Shown here piece by piece: positions 42,040-54,247 of a DNA stretch of 64,000 nucleotides. The notes under the pieces were generated by a model, which was not told the DNA's origin, did no database searches, and worked only from the letters and a program-made list of their open reading frames with translations. A program made the translations under genes and the position numbers. The DNA comes from Octopus vulgaris (lineage: Eukaryota). Position 1 is the first letter of the stretch. Every line of letters begins with the position of its first letter. Where the stretch lies: NCBI GenBank assembly GCA_951406725.2, contig OX597820.1:18166001-18230000 (forward strand), written 5' to 3'.

Positions 42040-42198
42040 TAGGCAAGAAGTTGAACATTATTTTTGCCCATGAAACTACATGGACCCTAAGTAAGGCATG
42101 TGTAAAATTTGAATGAAATTGGTTGTGTAGTTCTCAAGTTTTAGGGAAACACACAGGCAGACAGACAAACACACATTCTCAGTTTTATATATATAGAT
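42040..42198 (-). mobile_element. Helitron-like 5' end fragment (similar piece at 15052-15178)
   Basis: Reverse TCTATATATATAAAACTGAGAATGTGTG...TCTGTCTG...CAACCAATTTCATTCAAATTTTAC. Confidence 0.45.
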
Positions 42199-43290
42199 GA
42201 ATGAATGTATCTATGTATATATGCATGTATTTATGTATTTATGTGTTTATGTATGTATGTATGTATGTGTGTATGTATGCATGAATCCATGAATGTATGA
42301 ATGTATTTATGTATGTATGTATTTATGCATGTATGCATGAATGTATGTATGTATGTATGTATTTATGTATGTATATATTTATGCATGTATGCATGAATGT
42401 ATGTAGGTATGTATGTATGTATTTATGTATGTAGGTATGTATGTATGTAAGTATGTATGTGTGCCAAAAGCAATTTGAGAGACTAATAACTTTGGGAACT
42501 GTACAAGCGACTCACAGACTAATAGTAAAAAAGTGATTTTCTCAACTGAGTACAACGAACACTCTGTCATATTTGTGAAGAATCAAAAACAAACAGAAAA
42601 AAAAAAAGAAGCTGCAGAACAGAAGCACCACCTGGGAGAAGAAAATTAAAGTGACAAAGAAAGAATGGCAATGAAAAGACAAAAAATAAAAAAACAAAAA
42701 CAAAATTCCAATAGAACGGCTTAGAAGAATCTTGCCATATTTCCATGACAACCAGATGGCATTAATCAAAATTGAAGCTAAATTTTTTAAGAAGATATTA
42801 TTTTGTATGTAATCTTTTTTTTCTTTCACAAAGTACACAGACATGTAATTAAGATGATCAGAATATAGTTTACTCCAGAGTACAGGTTAACCATTCCAGA
42901 TATGACAGATTTTAATAATAACACTTTGACACAATTTTGAGCACCAGTAAGTTATAGAGTGACAGGTGTAGGGTCACATGCAATAAATGTGTGTATGTGT
43001 ATATATATATATATATATATATGCACATATGCCCATACATATATGTACATACACACACATACACATGTGTATATATATATATATATATGTATTCATTATT
43101 ACAGGGAAAATGTTGGCAGTGACTTAGTGACTAACAAGTTTTGGCAAGGAAGCTGAAAATTCGAAGTTACCACTAATGTTTTCTTTGTAGAAGTTAATGA
43201 AAATGTACTCTACTAAAAAGCAATGAGTAATCCCCCAATTTAATATTAAAATGGTTTTATATAGGAGTTGGCATAATATATATATACATA

Positions 43291-43389
<99 letters not shown>

Positions 43390-43418
43390 CAAAAGAAAAA
43401 TAGGATGCAAAGGATTTA

Positions 43419-43505
43419 GCGGTACATATGTTTCTGGCTTTATTGGACAGTTTATATCAATGCATAATTGATGTAACATGTATGTCAATAGCCTTCTTCA
43501 GCCGC
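43419..43505 (-). ncRNA. Type I hammerhead ribozyme, near-intact
   Basis: Reverse strand GCGG-CTGAAGA-AGGCT...AGCCA-GAAAC-ATAT-GTA/CCGC. Stem I GCGG/CCGC, stem II GGCT/AGCC with an extended hairpin, palindromic stem III ACATATGT. Confidence 0.82.
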
Positions 43506-43538
43506 GCACAATTACCATACCAAAGACATGTATTACAT

Positions 43539-43593
<55 letters not shown>

Positions 43594-44940
43594 TGTAAAA
43601 ATAAATCATTCTCAAAAATTAATGTGATTTGCATGCTAGTCTGAACTGAAAAAGCGAAATATTCTGATGCTGCCCTCATGAGCAGAAATTTGTTTAAGAA
43701 ACCTGGTAAACCCTGTTTTGGATTAGGAGTGGACACACACGTATACACATGCATGCACACAAACACATACATGAATGCACGTACACACACACAGCTGAGA
43801 TGGTTGAACTATGGTTAACAACAATTGATATGAAGTAACGTCTTTCCTCCTGCAAAATGCTATAACTTTTCACAAGGTTTTATTCCAGTGCTTCTGACCA
43901 ATATTAAGCTAACTAAGACTTATATATACCTTTAGCATAAAATGAGACATATTGGCAGCGAGTCTCAATATTGTTAAGTTCTACAGTCAATGAAAGACTC
44001 ATAGTATTACTGTGACTATATATATATATAATAAAAAAAGAAGAGATGTGACGTTTTGTGCATTGACACTTCATCAGAAAGAGGAAAGAGGAAAAAGTCC
44101 AGAGAAAAGGAAAAGAATATTCTGAAAAGAGTATGAGTGCTGTGATATGGCTTAAAAAATAGACGTGGCTGTGTGGTAAGAAGCTTGCTTTCCATCCACA
44201 TGGTTCTGGGTTCAGTCCCACTGCCTGGCACTTTGGGCAAGTGTCTTCTACTATAGCCTCAGGCTGACCAAAGCCTTGTAAGTCGATTTGGTAGACAGAA
44301 ACTGAAAGAAGCCCATTGTGCATATATATATATGTGAGTGTGTGTATCGTTGTCTGTGTTTATCCTGTCAACATCACTTGACAACTGATGTTGGTGTGTT
44401 TATGTCCCCATAACTTAGCGGTTCAGCAAAAGAGACTGATAGAGTGAGTACTAGGCTTACAAAGGGGTCGATCTCTTTGACTAAAGGTAGTACTCCAGCA
44501 TGGACACAGTCAAATGACTGAAACAAATGAATGAGTATATAAATATATGGAATGCATGTCTTTGAGTTTCCATCTACGAAATCAATTTGGAAGACTTTGG
44601 TCGTCCTGGAGATATAGTGGAAAGCTCTTGCCCGAGGTGCCCCACAGTGGGACTGAACCAAAGTCCACATGGTTGGGAAGCAAACTTCTTAATCATACAG
44701 CCATGCCTGCAGCATATACATACATATATATGTGCATGTGTGTGTACATGTGTATGCATGAGTGTGTGTGTATGGATGTGTGTGTATGGTTGTGTGTGTA
44801 TGTGTGATTGTGTGTAAGTGTGGTTGTGTGTGTGTGTGTGTGCGTGTATTTACTCATTTGCATGTACTGAGTTATCTTTACACAAATCACTAACATAATA
44901 CCACACACAGGTTCCGTGTTTCCTTTCCCATGCTGGTATA

Positions 44941-45317
44941 CACTACCGTCAGAAATTAATTAGCACCCTTGATTTGCTCTTCACTCAAGGTATGTGCTGT
45001 CACCTAGTGGCCATATCTCGAACTATTGCTTTGTTGCGAGTTCACTGTTGCGCAGAACGATGACGTAACTTTGTTTGCAGAGCAGTTTGAGAGTCTACAG
45101 CCTTATGATGTTGACATAGCAGTGCAACAACTTGGAGTGCGGATGCAGACAAATCTTCCTTTGTTTAATAGATATAGGTAGCGCCTCACAAGGACCAAAA
45201 TCACACCATACTAAGTTTTCTCATCGCGTAAGACGTTTTGAACAGCTCATAGGTTAATTGATTTAACCTATTTAATGTAGAAATTTGAGAAGTGCTAATT
45301 AATTTCTGACGCAAGTG
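44941..45317. mobile_element. Tc1/mariner-type MITE
   Basis: TIRs CACTACCGTCAGAAATTAATTAGCAC / GTGCTAATTAATTTCTGACGCAAGTG with TA flanks. Confidence 0.8.
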
Positions 45318-46292
45318 TAAGTTAGATGGTTTATCTGAGGCAATGCTTTTGTGGACAAATGCACTTCCTGTTGAGAACCCTCACTTGTTTCCAGGAAAGG
45401 TCTATTTTGCCTGGTCCGGTCTATCGAAAAGTAAACAGCCAAGATAAGCTTCTCTGGAAAATTGCAAAGAAATGACATCATTTTGTATGCGCATGTCAAG
45501 ACGACGAAAACACACCCTCATGCACACATACACACACATATACACACTTACACACACTCTCTCACACACACACACACACATATACATATATATGTGCATC
45601 ATGGTGAGACAAAGGGTTTTTCAGATTTTCACTACTCTTTACTCTTTTACTCTTTAACAGTCATTTGACTGCGGTCATGCTGGAGCACCGCCTTTAGTCG
45701 AGCAAATCAACCCCAGGACTTATTCTTTTGTAAGCCCAGTACTTATTCTATCGATCCCTTTTGCCAAACCACTAAGTTACGGGGATGCAAACACACCAGC
45801 ATCGATTGTCAAGCGATGTTGGGGAGACAACCACAGACACATAAACACACCCACATACACACACACATATATATATATACATATATATATAACGGGCTTC
45901 TTTCAGTTTCCATCTACCAAATCCACTTACAAGGCTTTGGTCAGCCCGAGGCTATAGAAGACACTCGCCGAAGGTGCCACGCAGTGGGACTGAACCCGGA
46001 ACCATGTGATTGGTAAGCAAGCTACTTACCATAGAGCCACTCCTACACATGTCAAGGCAAGGAAAACACACCCTCATGCACACATACATACACATATACA
46101 CACTTACACACACACTCTCACACACACAAGCATACACACACATATACATGCATCAAGGTGAGTCAAAGGTTTTTTCGGATTTTCACTGATGATATCTGAT
46201 AATTTTATCTCCATTTTATATTGTTAATTTGATACAGGTCATTGTTCAATCTTTGCTGAATTGTTTGTTCTTTATTTTCATATACAACATAT

Positions 46293-46597
46293 CACGTGAT
46301 CACGTGACTGACCAGACCATCAGATGCTGCTACACATCGCCGGTCACAATGCGTTCGCATTGTTTTTAGCCTTCGAATGACGCCACCCCGCTGGCTAAGC
46401 GAGCAAGCCAACAGAAAAAAGAGTGAGAGAAAGGGTGGTGAAAGAGTACAGCAGGGATCACCACCCCCTGCCGGAGCTTCGTGGAGCTTTTAGGTGTTTT
46501 CGCTCAATAAACACACACAACGCCCGGTCTCGGAATCGAAACCGCGATCCTACGACCGCAAGTCCACTGCCCTAACCACTAGGCCATTGCGCCTCCA
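46293..46597 (-). mobile_element. tRNA-derived SINE family D with 14-bp TSD
   Basis: Reverse head GGAGGCGCAATGGCCTAGTGGTTAGGG...GGTTTCGATTCC; TSD CATATACAACATAT at 46279-46292 and 46598-46611. A 3' fragment of the same family lies at 14063-14158(+). Confidence 0.88.
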
Positions 46598-46821
46598 CAT
46601 ATACAACATATAAACATTAATTTTTTACTCTTTATATTTCGTTTTTTGATTTGGTTTGCAAGATTCTTTATATGAATTTGTGTGTTGAAGCATATTCTGT
46701 TGTGTCTGGGGAGAGTCATTTTCTTTTTGTGCCTTATAATATAACACACTCACCGGTAAAATTTCCCCTTATTTCTTAAGTTTATTTTCCTAAAATTTTC
46801 ATTACATTCTCTTTTTTCTCT

Positions 46822-47220
46822 CTCTTTTTACTTGTTTCAGTCATTTGACTGCAGCCATGCTGGAGCACCGCCTTTAATTGAGCAACTCGACCCCAGGACT
46901 TATTCTTTTGTAAGCCTAGTACTTATTCTATCGGTCTCTTTTGCTGAACCGCTAAGTTACGGGGACATAAACACACCAGTATCGGTTGTCAAGCAATGTT
47001 GGGGGGACAAACACAGACATACAAACATACACGCACATATATATATATAAATATATACAACGGGCTTCTTTCAGTTTCCGTCTACCAAATCCACTCACAA
47101 GGCATTGGTCGGCCCGGGGCTATAGCAGAAGACACTTGCCCAAGGTGCCACGCAGTGGGACTGAACCCAGAACCATGTGGTTGGTAAACAAGCTACTTAC
47201 CACACAGCCACTCCTGCGCC
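46822..47220 (-). mobile_element. SINE family A
   Basis: Full-length reverse copy. Confidence 0.9.
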
Positions 47221-47675
47221 ACGTCTTGCAACCTTTTCAATAGTCTTGACTCTGTCCGTTATTTACCTTATTTACATTATTTACCGATATTTTTATTCTT
47301 TATTTTACAGCTTTGATAATGAGTAGTGAAATATATAGCAATTAGAGCCATTTTATGCTACCTGAGGGAAAAAAATGGGCTGAGTGCAAAAGCAGTGACA
47401 AAAGTAATTAATGATGGGGAAAGCACAGGAACTGTCAACGAAAGTGCAATACAAAATTAGTTCAGGTATTTGAAGGAAGGTGACATCAGCCTCAAAAACA
47501 AATCAAGGCCAGAGAGACTTTTGTTGTGGAAGATGAGATCTTGCTTAAAATGACTGGACAACAACCTCCTAAGTAAACCAAGTGCCGATATGAGTAGCAT
47601 ATGGGAACCGGTATTAAGGAGGGACAGGAAAATATTAGATTTATAAGCCCTAAAATTCACTCCATAATTGCCCAC

Positions 47676-47968
47676 GGGCATATGGTGTAGTGGTTAAGAG
47701 TGCTGGCTACTAACCCCAAAATTCCGAGTTTGATTCCAGGCAGTGACCTGAATAATAATAATAATAATAATAATAACAATAACAAGAATACTTACAAGAA
47801 CAAGAACAACAACATCGAAAAATACCTTAGGAATGAGAACCCATATTCGAAATTTTCCCCAAGACACCTGATGAAAGCTAGAGGGTGTATCAGCCGAAAC
47901 GCTGTGTTAAGAACAAACAAGATGAGGACAAATATCCATCAAATGTAAATAATGTAAATAATGTACAT
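47676..47968 (+). mobile_element. tRNA-headed, HHR-containing short element (copy 2)
   Basis: A box TGGTGTAGTGG 47683-47693, B-box-like GAGTTTGATTCC 47726-47737, (AAT/AAC)n, HHR 47863-47908. Confidence 0.75.
47863..47908 (+). ncRNA. Minimal hammerhead motif, second degenerate copy
   Basis: GACAC-CTGATGA-AAGCTAGAGGGTGTATCAGCC-GAAAC-GCT-GTGTT. Confidence 0.65.
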
Positions 47969-48295
47969 ACACTTCCCACAAACTTTTCCAGAAAATTCTT
48001 GCCGACACGCAACAAACCAACTCCAGCAATGATGTTTTTGGTACAAAGGGACATTACTTTTAACTCAATCCACTGCTTGATTCATTTCATCATCTTTTTC
48101 ACAGCAGCCACAAACCGGAAGTGTCTATTCACCTCCAACAATACAGAGCAGTCGCCATATTTTCATTCCATAATGACTACCTCTGATGAGCACAGGGTTA
48201 TATAATCGAACTGTTACCTAACACTCCATTGAATCCCTAATGCAAAACTGATTGGCACAATTGACCATAATGGATATATAATACTGTACACTTCA

Positions 48296-48333
<38 letters not shown>

Positions 48334-48335
<2 letters not shown>

Positions 48336-48456
48336 GTAAATGTAATATGTGACAATTATTCGGTAGCCATGATAAAACTCTGAGTTTCGAATGTCAGGGT
48401 GGAAACTCAGAGTTTTATCATGGCTACCGAATAATTGTCACATATTACATTTACAG
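48334..48456. repeat. Perfect 55-bp inverted repeat with 13-nt loop
   Basis: 48334-48388 is the exact reverse complement of 48402-48456. Confidence 0.95.
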
Positions 48457-48523
48457 ATAAATTCCTCTATTTACATAATATCGAGGTCTCTTTCATTCTT
48501 TTGTTGTCTTATCATTTCTATCA

Positions 48524-48554
<31 letters not shown>

Positions 48555-48757
48555 AGTCGCCATGATAGATCGTTAGCCACTACACACATTTTTTCTCTCC
48601 TTGTTTCTCTCTTTGTTTTTTCTGTGTCCCTTTCTGTAGAAGAGCGTAGGCTCAAAACGTAAAAGACTTTTTCTATTCCCGAGCGTTATACTAATACGTC
48701 TGTTTGTTTTGTACACCACCTGTCTTTGTCTTTTGTTTTTTTCATAAACTCTCCCTA
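48555..48757 (+). mobile_element. PLE pLTR-like fragment with HHR-like motif between (TA)n tracts
   Basis: CTTT-CTGTAGA-A-GAGC-GTAG-GCTC-AAAAC-GTA-AAAG at 48630-48665. Confidence 0.55.
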
Positions 48758-50935
48758 TATATATATAATATATAAGTGTGTGTGTGTGTGTGAGTGTCTG
48801 TAAATATGTATGTATGTGTGTATGTATGTATATATGTGCAGGTTGTAGCAGTAGTGGCAATTGTAGAGGTGGTGAATGACGTAGAACTTGTAGGGGTGAA
48901 TGAGAAGGTAGTTCTTTTTGAAACTGTAGTGGCAGTGGAGGTAGTGGTGGTGACAGAGCTGGTAGACACAGTGGAGTTTGTGGTGGTGGGTTCTGGTGGG
49001 GCTGCAATTCCCCAATCGCTGCTGCTACGTACACATGACTATTTGATAACCTTCAAAACTGGGTTGACTGTCAAATTCTTCTTCAGAATTATTGTTTTGT
49101 GAGACTTTTCTCAGATTCTTAATTCTAGGTAGGTCATCTAAACAGCTGGGCCCTCTTTAGGGCTTGACTCTTGCATAGCAAAAATGTTATCGCAATGAAA
49201 CAAATGTCACTTTGGGATTCTTAGAATTTTCAATTTGTCACTTATTTTTTTTTTAAATTCTTATTTTCTTTCTGTGTTTGTTAGAATATGATAATCTACC
49301 ATATTGTGTAAGTAACCCTTTTACAAGTTAAACACAGAATTTTCAAGACAACCTTCAACTTTTTCCAATCCAAAGTCTTTTTTTTCAATCCAATCGTTAT
49401 GTTCTGTTGAAGGCGGTCACCTGGAAGAATCGTTAGCAAGGCGGGTGAAATGTTTTGCCATATTTCGTCTGCCTTTATGTTCTGAGTTCAATTTCTGCCA
49501 AAGTCAACTTTGCCTTCCATCCTTTTGGGGGTCAATAAATTAAGTACCAGCTGCATACTGGGGTTCATCTAATCGATTGTCCCCTCCCCATAAATTCTGG
49601 GCTTTGTGCCTAGAGTAGAAAAGATTATCAAAGGCAGCGAGCTCGCTGAAATGCTAGCACACCAGGTGAAATGCTTTGTGGTATTTCGTCTGTTTTTATG
49701 ATCTGAGTTTAATTTTTGCCAAGGTCAACTTTGCCTTTCGTCCTTTCGGGGTCAATAAATTAAGTACCAGTTGCATACTAGGGTCTATCTAATCGATTGT
49801 CCCCTCCCCAAAATTTTCGGGCCTTGTGCCTGGAGTAGAAATGAATATGTGTGGGAGCTCATATTGAGGTAGGTGAATGGAAAAAAGATTAATCTTTAGG
49901 ATTTTCATCACTATCATCATCATCATCGTCATTGTTGTCATCGTTGGAAGTGATTCATTCAACTAAAATTTGTCATGGCGGTGCCCCAGCATGGCCACAC
50001 TCTAATAACTGAAACAAGTAATATTTTATACACTCATGGCTGGGTATATAAAATATTAGTACTTCAATGTTTTATACACCCAGTTGTGTTACTTCTATAT
50101 ATTAATGTACCGAAAAACTTAAATTCCATCATTTTTTTTTTTTTTTTGTTTTTTTTTTAAAAGTGCTTATTTCTTCGTTATGATTTGCACTCTTGTACAG
50201 AATTTGGCTGTGTCTCAATTATTCTTACATTTTTTTCCCCCTGTATTTAGCCTAAAAACACATATCAATGCTTAGAAATTTGATCCAGTGGAACCTTACT
50301 TTCCAATTATTAAATTGACTGGTTTTCTTGAAGTCGTTCAAACCACTGAGATTACATATGTACACATGTACACGCACGCGCACAATCACGAACACACACA
50401 CACACACACTCACTCACACACACTCACATACATGCACATACACATGCACATTTATACATATACATATATATGAATATATATCTGTATATGTGTGCATGCA
50501 TATACACACATATATATATATATAATAAAAGAAGTTTGAAAACGCTGGTATATAAGATACATTTTTATTTTCTTAGAGATTTTACATGTTTTGGTTCTTC
50601 TTGAAAAAACGTACCTTATCAAAAATATTTTTAAAAGTTAAGTGTAATAAAAAAAGTTCATAATTGTTTCTTACTAGTCTCAACAGAGTCCACGTGGTGG
50701 TGTTTTGTGGGAGGGAGTATAATGGCTGTCTTGTGCGTTGACTAGAATCATTGGCTGTAATCGTGAAAGACTGTATTATATATATATATACACATACATG
50801 CATATATATGTATATATACATATATCTATATGTAAGAGTCAAATTTAGGCAAATAAAATTCACATATACATTTATATTTATTCAGCCTTAGACCCAACAT
50901 GGATGAATTTCCTCAAAAGTATATTCAATACATTG

Positions 50936-51165
50936 GGCGGCGAGCTGGCAGAATCGTTAGCATGCCGGGCGAAATGCTCAGCAGTATTTCGTCTGTCGCT
51001 ACGTTCTGAGTTCAAATTCCGCTGAGGTCGACTTTGCCTTTCATCCCTGCGGGGTCGATATAGAAAGTACCAGTTATGCACTGGGGTCGATTTAATCGAC
51101 TCAATCGCTTTGTCTGTCCTTGTTTGTCCCTTCTATGTTTAGCCCCTTGTGGGCAATAAAGAAAT
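50936..51165 (+). mobile_element. SINE family B (Meta-domain-like core) with 14-bp TSD
   Basis: GGCGGCGAGCTGGCAGAA...GAGTTCAAATTCC...GCCTTTCATCC...GGGGTCGAT...AAGTACCAG; TSD TATATTCAATACAT at 50920-50933 and 51167-51180. Other copies: 6854-7085(-), 10414-10634(-), 23228-23680, 34848-35055(+), 49411-49842(+, two in tandem). Confidence 0.9.
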
Positions 51166-51334
51166 ATATATTCAATACATCAAACATATTAAAAATATAT
51201 AGATATATACATTAAAAATATTTTGAAAAATAAACACAAATATAGGTTGACTTATAGATTATAAAACGAAGTCATAAAAAGGGATAAGTGTCTATAAGAT
51301 AAAAAGTTTGGGTGTTGCTAATCCAGTTAATAAT

Positions 51335-51421
51335 CCTACAGCCGTTTCTAAGGGATCCGGTTGTTCAGTCATAAAAAAGATATCTACATCTATTTTTAGA
51401 CACCGCCTCCTTCATCAGGGG
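51335..51421 (-). ncRNA. Degenerate hammerhead upstream of, and inverted to, the Naiad fragment
   Basis: Reverse strand CCC-CTGATGA-AGG...CCCTTA-GAAAC-GGCT-GTA-GGA. Confidence 0.55.
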
Positions 51422-51734
51422 AAATCAATTTCAAAAACTGCTCACATGTATTGCGTTTTTCTAATGGGAATTACCTACTGAGTGTTTTTATAAAGCTATA
51501 TGCAAAAAAATAACAGTGAGTGGAAGTGTTTTTGAGTGGTTGGAGGAAGAGATACAATGCGCGGAAAGATAAGGCTACTGATGGTTCTATAGGTAGAGGA
51601 TAAGTGGAGGGGAGTGTTGTTTTATTTTTCCACAAAAGTTTCAATTGGTGTGGAGGCTGGTTTCTCAACTCTATCCAGGATCGTAATGCATAAATGTTGA
51701 GTAAAACCTGTTTTCAAGAGTAGACAGCATCAGA

Positions 51735-52712
51735 GAACCAATTTAATATCACTGAAGACTAATAAATTCGTTAATAGAATGAGATGATGAGTATTATTCT
51801 GTGACCTCAAATCAAAATCAAAACAACCTGACCAGACTGATGAATTGGAAACGTAAAACCTGAAATCTTATAAAAGCCCTCTTCCAAATCCTGTTGGTAA
51901 ATTTCGAGAAGGATGCATATAATTAAAAGCTTAAAATTTTCTAACTACACAAACTAATTCCAGAAGGAGCTTTCTAAAACTATACCAAAAATAAAATCTT
52001 CACCAAATTTACAAGTTTTTTTTTTCTGATAAAACTGGAAACCTCTATTTCTTACCTTTGAAAACATACAACAATTTAATATTAAAAAAGTTAAACACTA
52101 ATTATAAACACACACACAGAAGTGCACTCAATGATATTAATAATACATATTATAGGCTTATCACAGATCTGAATTTATTAAATGGAGCTGAACAATACGA
52201 ACCAAAAACTCCTTATTTTACCCTGAAAGACCACAAGCTTAATTTCCTCTCTAAACCCTCCATCTGACTTATCTGTCTCCCAAAGTTGGATTCAGGCAAA
52301 ATTAGTGAATGTACTGAGCACCAACTGATCATGGCCACTGCCAGCTTCCCCTGGCACCTGTGCTGGTGGCACATAAAAAGCACCCACTACACTCATGGAG
52401 TGATTGGTGTTAGGAAGGGCATCCAGCTGTAGAAACACTGCCTGATCAGACTGGAGTCTGGTGCAGCCTCCTGGCTTCCCAGACCCCGGTCGAACCATAC
52501 AACCCATGCTCGCATGGAGAACGGACTTTAAACAATGATGATGATGATAATAGATCATATTGTTCTTCATGTTAGAGCTAATGTCGAGCTCCCTCTATGG
52601 AACTCAACTGGTGATGCCATTTCCTGGGTTCATTCACTCAAGGATAAAAACTGTATTAATTCTATTCAGTTTGATATATCAAACTACAAGGCATTGATAT
52701 CTCTGATTCTCT
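51735..52712 (+). pseudogene. Decayed Naiad-type Penelope-like RT fragment interrupted by an RTE tail (52309-52547)
   Basis: Frameshifted peptides KTNKFVNRMR, SDKTGNLYF, PYFTLKDHKLNFLSKPSI*LICLPKLDSGKIS, then after the insertion IDHIVLHVRANVELPLWNSTGDAISW...IQFDISNY. These match the Naiad pattern ADKT.NLY / ITLKDHK.NF / W.NT..V..WF / QFDI. Confidence 0.75.
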
Positions 52713-52714
52713 TA

Positions 52715-53039
52715 ATGCAACCCTTGTTGATTATTATGTGTCGGTGGCAGTTGAATGAGGGACCAAGAAAACTCCTTGTAACATCAAAGATGAACTGAAG
52801 GCAAGGATTATGGCAGCATTCACCAACTTAAACAAGTAGAGCATCTAGGAGGGTTGCAGGAGATTCAAAGTTGTCTGGAGGCCATGGTTGAAGCCAATGG
52901 CGATTTTATTGAAAAAATTTACTCTTTAGTATTTCAAGATATTTTCATGCAATTTTGGTAAATATATCAGTTAAAATGAGATTTTAGTGTTATTTTCATT
53001 ATTGGGTAATTTAGATGGCAGTTTATTCCTTGCACCCTG
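52715..53039 (+). pseudogene. maT/DD37D-like transposase 3' fragment with TIR
   Basis: DYY...TKKTPCNIKDELKARIMAAFTNLNK...LEAMVEANGDFIE; ends GCACCCTG-TA. Confidence 0.65.
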
Positions 53040-53307
53040 TATATACAGAGAGATAGAGAGAGAGAGAAAGATTTATACACATTTATATACTTACATACTA
53101 TATATATATATATATAATAATATTTGTGTGTGTGTGTATATCTATATATATGTATATGTATGTATATATGTATGTATATATATATATATACATACATACA
53201 TATACATACATATCATAAATGTGTATACAATTTATTCCTTTTATACCCTTTTCAAAGTAACTCCCTTTTTTTAACGGGCAAATAAAGCAGGGTACCAGAG
53301 AATGGAG

Positions 53308-53575
53308 GGAATTAATATCAATGCATCCCCTCAGGATATTCCTATACTGCCAAAGAAAGAATCTATTAAAGATCTTATATACAAAACCATGGCAGGCATG
53401 CTTTCATGACAGAAAAGAGGAAGGCTCTAAAAATGCAACAGAAGAACAGATACGGTGAATTTTTAAAATGAGGAAATACCCACCATCAAAACTACACCTA
53501 GTTGCCTTCGAAGATGAACTATAGAGTATTGTTAGGAATATTAAATTCCATAGATTCAACCAAAAAGAAGACATC
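53308..53575 (+). pseudogene. Second Naiad-type PLE N-terminal fragment
   Basis: MEGININASPQDIPILPKKESIKDLIYKT and FKMRKYPPSKLHLVAFEDEL*SIVRNIKF resemble the Naiad N-terminal region (recognised from memory). Confidence 0.55.
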
Positions 53576-54144
53576 AACACCTCCAGAAACTACACTCTCT
53601 AATTAAGGAGCTTAAGGAAAAAGAAGGATTTTTAGTACACATGGATAACACGAGTATCTTGTACCGTTTAACCCAATGCTATTACAATGCACAACTCAAA
53701 AAAAGAAATAAGTAAAAATTATAAAATCATGAATCTTAATGACCACACATAACTTAACCTGCAAGCTAAAGGTAGTATGAAAAACTATAATTTAGCAGGT
53801 AAAGCTGACAATTAACTGTAATATAAATGAACATTTTAGAACCATGATTCAATTGTAATACCAGTAGAGGTGATTATAAGACTAGAATTCAATTTGATTT
53901 AATAAGTAACACTATTACCATCAACTGCTTCCCGACGCAAGTAGCTTGTTTGAAATGGTTCGCTTTGAAAATGTTGTAAGTGATGGATACTTGATGAAAG
54001 TGCAGTGACTAGGATGCATAATTGCATCATACAGAGCAATGTGCAGTTGCTGCAGAAGAAACATATGTTGGTCTTTGTTATAATATATGCTGTAGAAAAC
54101 TTTTATAAAAAAGTTTTGGACGTGAATAAATCTCCATTCTCAAT

Positions 54145-54185
<41 letters not shown>

Positions 54186-54188
54186 ATG

Positions 54189-54247
<59 letters not shown>

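Larger units (their letters stand above)
47315..48280. mobile_element. Two opposed mariner 5' fragments flanking the HHR element
   Basis: Plus strand IRAILCY...FKEGDISL-like (47315-47560); minus strand VEVNRH-like start with ACTTCCCACAAAC border (47970-48280). Confidence 0.45.

Noticed and set aside
46520-46597. Functional tRNA genes at SINE heads
   Set aside because: Acceptor and anticodon stems are broken and they continue into SINE bodies with TSDs.
51837-51858. CTGATGAATTGGAAACGTA mini-hammerhead
   Set aside because: It has no stem II or stem I and lies inside decayed coding sequence, so it is likely chance.
52261-52270. In-frame TGA in the Naiad RT as possible selenocysteine (known in some Naiads)
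   Set aside because: It aligns to the Arg of the RLI motif, so CGA>TGA decay is simpler. The copy is also frameshifted and I saw no SECIS.
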